Assembly: GCA_965223665.1 (NCBI GenBank) | Contig: OZ245011.1 | Coordinates: 159,179-223,178, forward strand | DNA from: Nitrospinaceae bacterium | GTDB lineage: Bacteria > Nitrospinota > Nitrospinia > Nitrospinales > Nitrospinaceae | Length of the DNA: 64,000 nucleotides | Direction of reading: 5' to 3' | Shown here: positions 28,412 to 38,926 of the stretch, one piece after another | Layout: each line of letters starts with the position of its first letter | How positions within the stretch are numbered: position 1 is the stretch's first letter | Position numbers and translations under genes: made by a program | The notes under the pieces: generated by a model | The model's input: only the letters and a program-made list of their open reading frames with translations | Told to the model about the DNA's origin: nothing | Databases searched by the model: none

Positions 28412-29266
28412 ATGCGCGAAGTCTTACTAAAGTTAATTGAAGAAAAAAGTAATATACCCCCTTTGCCTGATATTCTTTTGAGGTTGGAGTCAAAAATTGA
28501 AGATCCGAAGAGTAAGGTCAGTGATATTGCTATTCTAATTGAAACGGAACCCATCTTAGCGGGTAGATTAATTAAATTGTCGAATAGTGTTTTTTTTGGA
28601 GGTGGGAGAGAAAAGGTAGAGCATTTACATAAAGCCATTCTTCGTTTAGGTCTAAAAATGATTTTGGATTTAGCTTATACCTTGGAAATCCCCAAAATAT
28701 TTTCAAAGGGAAATGCATTCGATCAAAAAAAGTTTTGGCAACATTCCTTAGCGGTGGCAATTTTATCAAGATTATTAAGTACGGAAATAAAGGCTTTTAA
28801 TACCGAACCAGATTTATGTTACCTCTCAGGATTAATGCATGACATAGGAATTTTGGTTTTTAATTTTTTAATTCCATCAAAATATGCGGGTTTTCTTCAG
28901 CAAATTAAAGGTTCCGATTGTCCCCTTGAGGAGTTAGAAAGAGAAGAATTTGGAATAGCTCATCCGGAACTGGGATCTCTTTTTATCAAGAAATGGTGGC
29001 CGGTACCCAGTGAAGTTGTGACTGCTGTGGATAAACATTATTTAAGAGCTTCTGAAAAAGGAAAAAACTATCCAGAACTTTTAGTCGTAATTTTAGCGAA
29101 CTCTATCGCAAATAACTATCAAATGGGTCACGAAATTTGTAATGACGTGGAGCCATTTAATTCGAAGTTTATTGAAACATTGGGGATAGGAAATCGACAA
29201 ATGGAAGATATTGTTGATGAAACGCGTGAAAGCCTACAAATGGCTAAACAGGTATTGTTTAAGTGA
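28412..29266 (+). CDS. HDOD domain signalling protein
   Basis: It contains IPPLPDILLRLE...DIAILIETEPILAGRLIKLSNS, GLMHDIGILV and a GIAHPELG HD-like core. Confidence 0.8.
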   Translation: MREVLLKLIEEKSNIPPLPDILLRLESKIEDPKSKVSDIAILIETEPILAGRLIKLSNSVFFGGGREKVEHLHKAILRLGLKMILDLAYTLEIPKIFSKGNAFDQKKFWQHSLAVAILSRLLSTEIKAFNTEPDLCYLSGLMHDIGILVFNFLIPSKYAGFLQQIKGSDCPLEELEREEFGIAHPELGSLFIKKWWPVPSEVVTAVDKHYLRASEKGKNYPELLVVILANSIANNYQMGHEICNDVEPFNSKFIETLGIGNRQMEDIVDETRESLQMAKQVLFK

Positions 29267-29327
29267 ACTATAAAATTACAGAATCCATGCGGGTTCAATA
29301 TTTAACTTTTTTTGAGAAATAAGATCA

Positions 29328-30302
29328 ATGAGGCAAAATAAATTCCGGGTTACTTTTCGAGGGGTTCGTGGGTCAATCCCTTCTCCTGTTTTAGGGGAGG
29401 AAATTGAAGAAAAAATTGCTAGAGCTTTAGAAATGGTTCGGCCGGAAGATTTAAAAGATGACAATACACGGCATGCTTTTATTGATCAGCTTCCATTACA
29501 TATTAGGAGTTGTTACGGAGGGAACTCTTCCTGTGTACAATTAGAGGTAGGGGGAGAACATTTGATTTTTGATTGTGGCACTGGACTTCGAGTGTTGGGA
29601 AATATATTAATGAAAAAAGAATTTGGACGAGGAGAAGGGGAAGCGCATTTATTTTTGTCCCATACTCATTGGGATCATATTATGGGGATCCCTTTCTTTG
29701 TTCCCTTTTATGTATCTGGAAATAAATTCAAAATTTACGCAGTCCACCCAAATATAAAAGAGCGTCTCATAGGACAACAAAAGTATGAGTACTTTCCTGT
29801 TTCTTTTAATTCTTTTGCGGCATCTGTGGATATAGTGAGTCTAGAAGAGCAAAAGATATTGAAAATTGGGGACGCCACTGTGACCTGGAAAGAGATGGAC
29901 CACCCTGGTCGAAGTTTTGCTTTCCGAGTCGATTATCAGGGTAAGAGTTTTGTGTATGCTACGGATGCTGAGTATAAGCAATTAGCAGATGAGGACCTTC
30001 AACCTACAATCGACTTTTTTAAGGACGCGGATTTACTGGTATTTGATTCTCAATATACCTTTATTGAAGGAATTGAAAGAGAAGATTGGGGGCATAGCTC
30101 GACATTTATTGGAGTGGATATTGCTACCCAAGCAGGTGTGAAACAAATTGCTTTTTATCACCATGAGCCTACCTATAGTGATTTCAAATTAAACAATGTA
30201 TTTCAGCAAACACGAAAATATTTAAAAGCCATAAACGAAAATGGAAGTCTAAAAATGTTTTTATCTTATGAGGGACTGAGCATGGACTTGTTAAAATGTT
30301 AA
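29328..30302 (+). CDS. MBL-fold metallo-hydrolase
   Basis: It has an N-terminal FRGVRGSIPSP, the HTHWDHIMG metal motif, and later D/H ligands (YATDAEY, YHHEP). Confidence 0.8.
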   Translation: MRQNKFRVTFRGVRGSIPSPVLGEEIEEKIARALEMVRPEDLKDDNTRHAFIDQLPLHIRSCYGGNSSCVQLEVGGEHLIFDCGTGLRVLGNILMKKEFGRGEGEAHLFLSHTHWDHIMGIPFFVPFYVSGNKFKIYAVHPNIKERLIGQQKYEYFPVSFNSFAASVDIVSLEEQKILKIGDATVTWKEMDHPGRSFAFRVDYQGKSFVYATDAEYKQLADEDLQPTIDFFKDADLLVFDSQYTFIEGIEREDWGHSSTFIGVDIATQAGVKQIAFYHHEPTYSDFKLNNVFQQTRKYLKAINENGSLKMFLSYEGLSMDLLKC

Positions 30303-30436
30303 GGTTATTTTTTCCCGCCTAAAAATTTTTATTTTTGCCCACCGTTGAATTTCTTTATTCTTTAAAAAATAAAAATCATCAGAGTAGATAAAAAAGTGTT
30401 ATAAAAATTAGGTTTTTATTTCCCAGACATTGCTAT

Positions 30437-33400
30437 ATGGAAACCCCAAATAATAATCTTTTTCGCTTCGCGATAGACCGGGGGGGTACATTCACTGATA
30501 TTTATGCAGAGGTTCCTGGTAAACCCGGTTATAGAATTCTGAAATTATTGTCCGAAAATCCGGAGCATTACGTGGATGCTCCCTGGGAAGGAATTCGGAG
30601 AATTTTAGAAGAATGTACAGGGCAGTCTTTGCCAATAAGTGGATTTGATACCTCTGCCATCGAGTGGGTTCGTTTGGGGACAACGTTAGCAACCAATGCT
30701 CTTTTAGAAAGAAAAGGTGCTAAAACGGCACTTTTAATAACAAAGGGATTTGGTGATTTATTATCTATTGGGAAACAAAATCGTCCCAAACTATTTGATT
30801 TAAATATAAAGAAGCCAAGACCCATTTATGATTTTGTGTTGGAAGTTGAGGAGCGAGTACGTCTTTTAAAGGATAAGGAAAATTCAAATTCTTCCAAGGT
30901 GGTTGTATGTAAATCAGGAGATTTAATTGAAATAATTAAAAGACCGGATGAAAGTTTATTAAAAGACTCCCTCCGGAAACTTCTAGAAAAAGGAATTCAA
31001 AGTCTAGCAATAGTTTTCATGCATTCTTATATTTATCCAGACCATGAGAAAAAAATCGGAATTCTTGCCAAGCAACTGGGATTTAAAAATGTCTCCTTAT
31101 CCTCACAAGTTATGCCGCGGATTAAGATGGTTGATCGGGGACAAACCTGCACGCTGGATGCCTATCTCACTCCTAAAATTCAAGAATACTTAAATACCTT
31201 TCAGGCTAATTTAAATAAAAAAAACACTGAGATGTTTTTTATGCAATCAGACGGCGGTCTAGTTACGCCTAAAAAGGTAAGAGGTAGTCACTCTATTCTA
31301 TCGGGGCCCGCAGGTGGAATTATTGGTTATGCAAAAACCTTATACAATTCTAAGCAACCAACTCCAATTATTGGCTTTGATATGGGAGGGACATCAACGG
31401 ATGTATCTCGCTTTGATGGTCAACTGGAATGGACTTATGAAACAGAAAAAGCAGGGGTCCATATTCAGTCACCTCAGCTCGATATTAATACCGTTGCGGC
31501 TGGGGGTGGATCACGATTGTTTTTTAATAACGGGATGTTTCAAGTGGGCCCTGAATCTTCAGGAGCAAACCCCGGTCCAATTTGTTATCGAAAAAAGGGT
31601 TGGTTATCTGTTACAGATGCAAATTTATTTTTAGGGCGTATTTCCCCCGAATTTTTCCCAAAAATTTTTGGTCCCCAAAATGATGAACCTTTAGATGGAG
31701 AAAGTACAAAAGCGTCCATAATCAAGCTTAGAGATGAGATTAATGAATTTCAAGTTAATAAAAAGTTGCGAGTTTTGAGTGCTGAGGAAGTTGCTTTGGG
31801 ATTTATTCAAGTGGCAAATGAAATAATGGCCAGATCAATCCGAGAGATAACAGTGGCAAGGGGTCATGATGTTCGTGATCATATTTTGGCCTGTTTTGGC
31901 GGGGCAGGTGGACAGCATGCATGTTCTCTTGCCAAGTCCTTAGGCATCAGCAAGATATTAATACATCGTTTTGCAGGAATTCTATCTGCTTATGGACTAG
32001 CTTTGGCGAATGTCGTAGTTGAAAAACAAGCTCCTGTATCACAGGAGTTAAAATCTGATAGCTTTTTCCAGCTAAATCCTAAATTAGAAGAATTAGAGAA
32101 TGGTGCTATTCAAGATTTAATAGAACAGGGAGCAGAAAAACTAAACATTACCTGTACACGATTTTTAAATCTCCGTTATGAAGGGACTGATACGCAAATA
32201 ATGGTTTCTCAGCCGGAGGATCACGATTTTCTCAAAGCGTTTAAAAATATTTATTCCAGAGAATTTGGTTTTGATTTAAATAATCGAAAAGTTTGGGTTG
32301 ATGATGTTAGGGTTCGGGCTGAATTTGAACCTTCAGGGATAAAAAAGCAAGCGTTGGATTTTGAAAAATGTACTACAGAATTAGAATGTGTGACTCCCTG
32401 TTACTTTGAAAATGGCTGGTTAGACACTCAAGTTTATTTAATGAATAAAATAAATCCGGGTGATCCCGTTAAAGGACCCGCCATTTTAATAAGCGATACC
32501 TCCACCGTAGTTATCGAACCTGGGTGTGTATCAAAAATTAATCAATTTGGAGATGTAGAAATAGATGTTCCAAAAGAGGAGGTAACAGAAAAAAGTTCGT
32601 TGTCTCGGGATCCGATTCAACTGGCTATCATAAGTAATAAATTTATGTCTATAGCTGAGCAGATGGGTAGGACTTTGCAGCGAACGGCAATATCGACCAA
32701 TATAAAAGAAAGACGGGATTTTTCTTGTGCTATTTTTGACCCCAAGGGAAACCTGGTAGCAAACGCTCCTCATCAACCTGTGCATTTGGGTTCTATGGGG
32801 GAGGCAATCCGATCTCAAATTAAATTCCATGGCGATTCAATAAAACCAGGTGATGTTTTTTTAAGTAATCATCCTAAAGCCGGAGGTACTCATTTGCCAG
32901 ATTTAACCGTGATAACACCTGTCATGGAAAATGGAAAACCCATATTTTTTGTTGCAAGCCGCGGTCACCATGCGGATATTGGCGGGATTTCTCCAGGATC
33001 CATGCCTCCCTTTTCTTCGAGCATAGAAGAGGAAGGGGCCGCAATACTCTCTTTTAAGCTTCTTGAAAAGGAGGAGTTCCAGGAAGAAAAAGTAAAGCAA
33101 TTATTAATGAACCCTCATAAAGGAAAATTAAGTTCAAATTCAGAAAACATAAGTGGTGCTCGCGCTGTGAACGACAATGTGTCTGATTTGAGGGCTCAAG
33201 TTGCTGCCAATGAAAGAGGCAAACAATTATTATTGGAATTGATTGCCGATTATTCATTAACTAAAACTCATAGGTACATGTCGTATATTCAAGATGCGGC
33301 TGAAGAATCTGTTCGAAAATTAATTACTAAAACGCTTGTAAAGAAATCGAGCAAGAATAAATTAATGGCAAAAGATTTCTTAGATGATGGCACTCCTATT

Positions 33401-34186
33401 TGCTTATCAATTTTACTAAATGCGGATGGGTCAGCCGACTTTGATTTTTCAGGAACTGGTGTTCAGGTTGCTGGGAATTTAAATGCACCAATTTCTGTAA
33501 CTCTCTCAGCAATTTTATATTGCTTGCGCTGTTTAGTTGATAATGACATACCTCTGAACCAAGGTTGTTTGAACCCTATTTCCATCCATATCCCAGAAAA
33601 CTCTATTTTATCTCCTTCGCAAAACGCTGCGGTTGCCGCAGGAAATGTGTTGACGTCTCAAAGGATTGTAGATGTAATATTCAAAGCTTTTGGTGCAATG
33701 GCTGCCTCGCAGGGTTGCATGAATAATTTAACGTTTGGAAATGAATCATTTGGATATTATGAAACTATTGGGGGTGGAGCGGGCGCAGGTCCAAACTGGG
33801 ATGGTGCTTCTGGCGTACATACTCATATGACCAATACGCGAATAACGGATCCTGAAATTTTAGAAAAGAGATACCCTGTTTTGTTAAAAGAATTTTCTAT
33901 CCGAAAAAACTCGGGTGGAAAAGGGTTTCATGTTGGAGGTGATGGATTGATCCGTGAATTTGAATTTATTGAGCCGCTTCAATTGGCCGTGTTAACGGAG
34001 CGCAGAAATTTTTCACCCTTTGGATTAATGGGGGGAGAGCCCGGCTTAAAGGGAAAAAATATTTTTCTAAAAAAAGGTGAGAAAGAAATAGTTCTTGGAA
34101 GTAAAAGTCAATTTCAAGTTCGTAAGGGAGATCGAATTCGAATTTTAACTCCAGGAGGGGGTGGTTTTGGAAAACCTGGAGGTTGA
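30437..34186 (+). CDS. Fused hydantoinase A/B family protein, 5-oxoprolinase (ATP-hydrolysing)-like, 1249 aa
   Basis: The N-terminal HyuA part (FAIDRGGTFTD, GFDMGGTSTDVS) and the C-terminal HyuB part (DPIQLAIISNKFMSIAEQMG, RDFSCAIFD) lie in a single ORF. Confidence 0.88.
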   Translation: METPNNNLFRFAIDRGGTFTDIYAEVPGKPGYRILKLLSENPEHYVDAPWEGIRRILEECTGQSLPISGFDTSAIEWVRLGTTLATNALLERKGAKTALLITKGFGDLLSIGKQNRPKLFDLNIKKPRPIYDFVLEVEERVRLLKDKENSNSSKVVVCKSGDLIEIIKRPDESLLKDSLRKLLEKGIQSLAIVFMHSYIYPDHEKKIGILAKQLGFKNVSLSSQVMPRIKMVDRGQTCTLDAYLTPKIQEYLNTFQANLNKKNTEMFFMQSDGGLVTPKKVRGSHSILSGPAGGIIGYAKTLYNSKQPTPIIGFDMGGTSTDVSRFDGQLEWTYETEKAGVHIQSPQLDINTVAAGGGSRLFFNNGMFQVGPESSGANPGPICYRKKGWLSVTDANLFLGRISPEFFPKIFGPQNDEPLDGESTKASIIKLRDEINEFQVNKKLRVLSAEEVALGFIQVANEIMARSIREITVARGHDVRDHILACFGGAGGQHACSLAKSLGISKILIHRFAGILSAYGLALANVVVEKQAPVSQELKSDSFFQLNPKLEELENGAIQDLIEQGAEKLNITCTRFLNLRYEGTDTQIMVSQPEDHDFLKAFKNIYSREFGFDLNNRKVWVDDVRVRAEFEPSGIKKQALDFEKCTTELECVTPCYFENGWLDTQVYLMNKINPGDPVKGPAILISDTSTVVIEPGCVSKINQFGDVEIDVPKEEVTEKSSLSRDPIQLAIISNKFMSIAEQMGRTLQRTAISTNIKERRDFSCAIFDPKGNLVANAPHQPVHLGSMGEAIRSQIKFHGDSIKPGDVFLSNHPKAGGTHLPDLTVITPVMENGKPIFFVASRGHHADIGGISPGSMPPFSSSIEEEGAAILSFKLLEKEEFQEEKVKQLLMNPHKGKLSSNSENISGARAVNDNVSDLRAQVAANERGKQLLLELIADYSLTKTHRYMSYIQDAAEESVRKLITKTLVKKSSKNKLMAKDFLDDGTPICLSILLNADGSADFDFSGTGVQVAGNLNAPISVTLSAILYCLRCLVDNDIPLNQGCLNPISIHIPENSILSPSQNAAVAAGNVLTSQRIVDVIFKAFGAMAASQGCMNNLTFGNESFGYYETIGGGAGAGPNWDGASGVHTHMTNTRITDPEILEKRYPVLLKEFSIRKNSGGKGFHVGGDGLIREFEFIEPLQLAVLTERRNFSPFGLMGGEPGLKGKNIFLKKGEKEIVLGSKSQFQVRKGDRIRILTPGGGGFGKPGG

Positions 34187-34275
34187 TAAAGTTACCCAAG
34201 TCTTTTTTTCTTGTAACCAGGGAGCGAATAAAGTTTTAGTTCTCCTAATCTGGCATTAATAATATTCGAATTGGT

Positions 34276-35292
34276 TTAGTGGACCTTTAGGATCACTTTA
34301 TTTTCGCGAAATGCTTGATTCATGGCAGGAATGATATTTTCTAAGGGCTCAACATTTGAGATGAGTTGTTTTAATTTATCTTGATGCGAAGAAATTATTT
34401 TTAATGACTTTTCAAATGGTCCACAACGCGATCCTTGAATTTGTATTTCATCAACTACAATTTGAGTAGTGTTTAAGGATTTTTCTGGAAGCCCGCAAGT
34501 AGTTTTTAATGAAAGAGTTCCTTTGGGGCGGACATAATTCAGGGCTTTTGAAATTCCTTCAGGATGACCTGTAGATTCTACGACAATATCTGCTCCAAGT
34601 GAGTCGGTGTTTTTTAGAATTACCTCCTTGGCTTCTTCAGGCGAACACGCAATTGAAGCGCCATAGTTTAACGCCCGGTTTCTTTTGCTTTCACTTCTAG
34701 AAACGGCAATCACTTTTGCACCCATAAGAGACGCAACAAAGGTAATTAAAATTCCTAATCTACCTGGTCCCAAGACTACTAATGTTTCCCCTTTTTTTAT
34801 TGGGGTCATCTCAAAAGTTTGCAACGCGGCTGCCAGGGGTTCAGTTAAAGTTGCAGTTAAGGGAGAAATATTTTCTGGAATTTCATGAAGAACCCCCTCA
34901 GGAACAATGATTTCCTCGGAAAATGCTCCATCTTTATTTATAATGCCTGTAACCGTCCTTTTTAAACAGTGTTCCGGCATACTTCTTTTGCAAGCCTCAC
35001 AAAAAAATTTTGAACAATAAGCTTTACAAGAATTATTAATTTCTGCGGTTACCCTTTTCCCTTCCCATACAGGGTCAACTTCTGCTCCAACCTTTTTTAC
35101 AATGCCAACAAATTCGTGACCACAAACAAGAGGTAAAGAGACAGAATAATCTCCGGAATATAAAGCTAAGTCGGTTCCACAGATACCCGCATATTCTACG
35201 GCTATCTTAACTTCATTTTGTTCTGGTTCTGGGGAATCCTGATTTTGGAAAATAATGGTTTTAGGTGAGGTCAGTACGGCAGCTTTTGGCAA
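34276..35292 (-). CDS. Zinc-dependent alcohol/threonine dehydrogenase family (MDR) oxidoreductase
   Basis: It has GICGTDL, the GHEFVG catalytic Zn site, a structural Zn Cys cluster (CKAYCSKFFCEAC), and the GPGRLG Rossmann motif. The start codon is TTG. Confidence 0.85.
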   Translation of the reverse strand: MPKAAVLTSPKTIIFQNQDSPEPEQNEVKIAVEYAGICGTDLALYSGDYSVSLPLVCGHEFVGIVKKVGAEVDPVWEGKRVTAEINNSCKAYCSKFFCEACKRSMPEHCLKRTVTGIINKDGAFSEEIIVPEGVLHEIPENISPLTATLTEPLAAALQTFEMTPIKKGETLVVLGPGRLGILITFVASLMGAKVIAVSRSESKRNRALNYGASIACSPEEAKEVILKNTDSLGADIVVESTGHPEGISKALNYVRPKGTLSLKTTCGLPEKSLNTTQIVVDEIQIQGSRCGPFEKSLKIISSHQDKLKQLISNVEPLENIIPAMNQAFRENKVILKVH

Positions 35293-35317
35293 TTGAAATT
35301 CCTTTTAAGATTATTTA

Positions 35318-36055
35318 TCAATTACGTCTTTTTTTGGCAGCTTTTTTCTTTTTCCACATTAAAAGCCAGTATTGAATGAGGCGAAGCTTTTGTATTCCTG
35401 AGAATTTTCTTCGTTTGAATTTCGGGGTAGAGTCATATTGCAACCGAGCAATGACTGTAGGTGCAACGGCTTCCTCAATTAAAACTCCTCTTTGCGCGTG
35501 TTCCAGTCTTTTAGACCCGCATACTTCGCGAAAGGCCACCATCAGTCTGCAATCTAAAGGACGGTCCTCATGAATTAAACAAGATTCTTCTGAGTCTAAA
35601 AACGGGCACGGCTGATTGATTACAGTGCGGTACCAATCTACAGTTTCGGGATCAACTCCAGACTCCAATACTTTTGCGACCCGATCAACGGTTTTTTTTG
35701 AACTTTCGAAAACCTCATTAAGATCTAACCCTTTTTTCCTGGCACCGTTAAGCATGCCGTCCCATTCTAATTGACTAATGGTAACTCCTGTATAACAGCA
35801 ATGACCGCAGCCTTTATGACAAGTCAACGCGGGAGCTTTTTCCTGGTAAGCTTTGTCTAGTAAAATCCAAAGTGCTTTAAGGGGAGGAATCTTTTCTTTT
35901 TTGGAAAGAATTTTTGTGTTTTCTAAAAGATGCTCATAAGCATATTGAAGTTCAGCTTCAGAAAATTTCCTTTGAATGAACTTCCGCAATTCTTCGGGGT
36001 CAGTCATCCCCTGTATATAAACCCCATTATGGTCTGAAAAAAGAGTATCAGTCAT
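35318..36055 (-). CDS. YkgJ/UPF0153-type cysteine-cluster protein
   Basis: It has the CHKGCGHCCY and CPFL...CLIHEDRPLDCR motifs and a K/R-rich C-terminal tail. Confidence 0.7.
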   Translation of the reverse strand: MTDTLFSDHNGVYIQGMTDPEELRKFIQRKFSEAELQYAYEHLLENTKILSKKEKIPPLKALWILLDKAYQEKAPALTCHKGCGHCCYTGVTISQLEWDGMLNGARKKGLDLNEVFESSKKTVDRVAKVLESGVDPETVDWYRTVINQPCPFLDSEESCLIHEDRPLDCRLMVAFREVCGSKRLEHAQRGVLIEEAVAPTVIARLQYDSTPKFKRRKFSGIQKLRLIQYWLLMWKKKKAAKKRRN

Positions 36056-36144
36056 TAAATTGAAAAAATAGAATTTTAATTATTTAACTGTTTTATCAAA
36101 ACCCAGATGAAAATGCAGGAAAATTTTAGAATTAGAATCAATTT

Positions 36145-36561
36145 TTACTTGTTTGGGTTTTTGGCGAGATATTTCATTTGTAGTTCATAAATCAATTGAT
36201 CCATAAGTTTGGTTTCTTCGGCATTCAGGTTATTTGTAGTTTTTTCCTTAAGCATAATTAAAATATCAATGGTTTGCTTAACAGCAGGCAAATTCTCCTG
36301 TACCTGACCTGTGGTAGGATCTGCAATATCACCTAAGTAATAAAAAGCAGAAGAGGTGAGAGACAATACAAACGTAGAAAAATTGATTTCTAAAGGTGTG
36401 GTGCCGGCTGAAGAAGACTCCTGTTGCTGTTGTGCAGCCTGTTCTTTGGCTTTTTCTTTCTCCTTTTCTTCATCAAGAGCTTTAATATCATCATCGGACT
36501 GATATGTGGATCGCTTATCTTTAATTACAAAGCCTTCTTCTTCTTTATTTTCTTCAGCCAT
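36145..36561 (-). CDS. DUF1844 domain protein
   Basis: An acidic or Q-rich N-terminus is followed by INFSTFVLSLTSSAFYYLG and a helical C-terminus, as in DUF1844. Confidence 0.7.
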   Translation of the reverse strand: MAEENKEEEGFVIKDKRSTYQSDDDIKALDEEKEKEKAKEQAAQQQQESSSAGTTPLEINFSTFVLSLTSSAFYYLGDIADPTTGQVQENLPAVKQTIDILIMLKEKTTNNLNAEETKLMDQLIYELQMKYLAKNPNK

Positions 36562-36762
36562 TTAAAATTCCTTTTTGGAAAATGCTAATCAATATTAATA
36601 GAAAAATGAGTAATGCAAAAACTTAAACCTATCAAATTCAATAAATCTTCCTTCCCTTAACTTACTGGCGAAGCATAGCAGGTCAAAAAAATGTTGTCAA
36701 TTCATGTCCTGCTTGATCCCTTTGGTTGTTGAGCGTTTAACCTTCTGTTATCATTGGTTATT

Positions 36763-37626
36763 ATGAATTTAAAACGAATTGGGTTCGTAATAATAATGAT
36801 AATTCTCCCTGCCTGCTCTACTCAAAAGATGGCGGTACGTTTAGCCCTTCCTTTGATTGCAGGTCAATATGATTCTATTATTGAAGAAGCAGATCCTCAA
36901 TTTGCTGAAAGAGCAATTCCTTCCAGTTTGAAAATGATGGAGGGATTATTGAAGTCGGACCCTACCAACACTGAACTTCTATTAAAACTTGCAGAGGGAT
37001 TTTGCAACTATTCTTTTGGGTTTGTGGAGGATGAGGATCCAAAGCGTGCTTCTAACTTTTACCTTAGAGGCAGAGATTATGCTCAATCTGCATTGAACAG
37101 TTTAGGAGTAAGTGAAAATCTCAATCAATTGAACTTAGATCAATTGTCCTCTCGTCTAAATTCTTTGAGTAAAGATCAGTTCCCTGCATTATTTTGGTGG
37201 AGTCAATGTGGCGCTGGGTGGTTACTTTTAAACCTGGATAAACTGGAAGCCTTAGCGGCAATATCAAAGATTGAGAAATCTATGGATTCTGTTTTAAAAC
37301 AGGATGAAAGTTTTTACTTCGCAGGCCCCCATTTATTTTTTGGCAGCTTTTATGGTGGCCGATCTAAAATGCTTGGAGGCAACCCTGAGAAATCTTTATC
37401 TCATTTTGAGCGTGGATTAGAGTTGACGCAAAATAAGTTTTTAATGCTTCAGGTTATGTATGCCAAAACTTATGCAGTCCAATCTCAAAATAAAGAAAAG
37501 TTTATTGAATTGTTAAGTGAAGTTTTAAAAGCATCTACGGAAGGTAGGCCTAAACAGAGATTGGCAAATCAAATTGCAAAAATTAAAGCAAAAAAACTAT
37601 TGGAGAAAGTGGATGAACTTTTTTAG
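36763..37626 (+). CDS. TRAP-transporter-associated TPR lipoprotein (TatT family)
   Basis: It has a lipobox (IILPAC), is helical and TPR-like throughout, and sits directly upstream of and overlapping a DctP-type binding protein. The ORF track opens at a TTG at 36754. Confidence 0.65.
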   Translation: MNLKRIGFVIIMIILPACSTQKMAVRLALPLIAGQYDSIIEEADPQFAERAIPSSLKMMEGLLKSDPTNTELLLKLAEGFCNYSFGFVEDEDPKRASNFYLRGRDYAQSALNSLGVSENLNQLNLDQLSSRLNSLSKDQFPALFWWSQCGAGWLLLNLDKLEALAAISKIEKSMDSVLKQDESFYFAGPHLFFGSFYGGRSKMLGGNPEKSLSHFERGLELTQNKFLMLQVMYAKTYAVQSQNKEKFIELLSEVLKASTEGRPKQRLANQIAKIKAKKLLEKVDELF

Positions 37627-38710
37627 TTCCATGTTGGCGAAATTAAATTCAAAATTTGGACTTAAGATTCCAAGTGTATCTTCCAGGACTTTAACATGTA
37701 TTTTATGCGGAATTTTAGCTTCTTTGCTGTTAGCTTTTATTATGGCCACGGTTCAAACCCCTGAAGCCCATGCGGCGAAAGTAATAAAAATAAAATTCTC
37801 AACCTTAGCGCCGGAAGGTTCTTCATGGATGAAACAAATGCACCGCTTAGAAAAAGAAGTGGAGTCTGCCACTCAAGGATCCGTCAAATTTAAATTCTAC
37901 CCTGGTGGCGTATCCGGGGATGAAAAGGATGTCATTCGTAAAATGCGTATTGGCCAGGTCCATGCCGCGGGTTTTACAGGAGTGGGATTAGGAGAAATTC
38001 TTCCGGAAGTAAGAGTCCTGGATCTTCCTTTTTTATTTCATAACGATCGCGAAGTTGAATATGTATATGAAAAAATGACAGATTACTTTTCTAAAAAGTT
38101 TGAGGAAAAAGGTTACATTTTATTGGGTTGGGTGCCGGTCGGCTGGATCCATTTTTTTTCTAAGGATAAAGTCATTACCTTAAGCGATCTTAAAAACTCA
38201 AAAGCCTGGATGTGGGAAGGAGACCCATTGGTTCAAAAGACTTATGAAGAATTAAATGTCAGTCCGCATCCATTATCCATTACGGATGTACTGCTATCTC
38301 TGCAAACGGGAATAATAGATACGGTTTATGCTTCTCCCGTCGGGGCCTTGGCGCTGCAATGGTTTACAAAAGTAAAGTATATGTCCGAATTACAAATGGG
38401 AAATGCGACAGGGGCCGTCTTGATGACTAAACGGATTTATAAAAAATTAAATGCGGAGCAAAAGGAAAAGGTCAAAGCCGTCAGTAAAAAATATTTAAAG
38501 GAATTGGTTAACAAAATTCAGGAAGACAACGATCAAGCCATAGCAGTTATGAAAAATAACGGGTTGAAAATTTCTGAATTGCCCTCTGAGGATGAACGGA
38601 AACAATTCCTTTTGGTAGGTGAAAAGATTAGAGGAAAACTGACAGGTAAACTTTATGATAAGGCTCTACTGGACCAAGTATTAACCCATCTGCAGGCTGT
38701 AAGAAATTAA
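37613..38710 (+). CDS. TRAP transporter substrate-binding protein (DctP family)
   Basis: After a signal anchor it reads KIKFSTLAPEGSSWMKQM...KFYPGGVSGDE..., which is typical of DctP family SBPs. GGAG lies 8 nt before the ATG at 37613, and the start overlaps the tatT-like stop by 14 nt. Confidence 0.8.
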   Translation: MNFFSSMLAKLNSKFGLKIPSVSSRTLTCILCGILASLLLAFIMATVQTPEAHAAKVIKIKFSTLAPEGSSWMKQMHRLEKEVESATQGSVKFKFYPGGVSGDEKDVIRKMRIGQVHAAGFTGVGLGEILPEVRVLDLPFLFHNDREVEYVYEKMTDYFSKKFEEKGYILLGWVPVGWIHFFSKDKVITLSDLKNSKAWMWEGDPLVQKTYEELNVSPHPLSITDVLLSLQTGIIDTVYASPVGALALQWFTKVKYMSELQMGNATGAVLMTKRIYKKLNAEQKEKVKAVSKKYLKELVNKIQEDNDQAIAVMKNNGLKISELPSEDERKQFLLVGEKIRGKLTGKLYDKALLDQVLTHLQAVRN

Positions 38711-38926
38711 CACTCTCTCCCATGTTGATCCCTCAATAAGTAGCCCAATTGGGGTTTGAAATTTAAAAAATTGGTTAAAAGTTCTCCTTTGTTTTAGGTT
38801 ATTTACGTCAACTCTGGCAAAATTTCTGTATTTTTCTGTTGAAAAAAGCCCTCTTTGGGTTATTATTGTGTCGCTCCAATATTGTTTTAATTTCAAACCG
38901 CAAATTTACAATAAAACTCTAATGTC

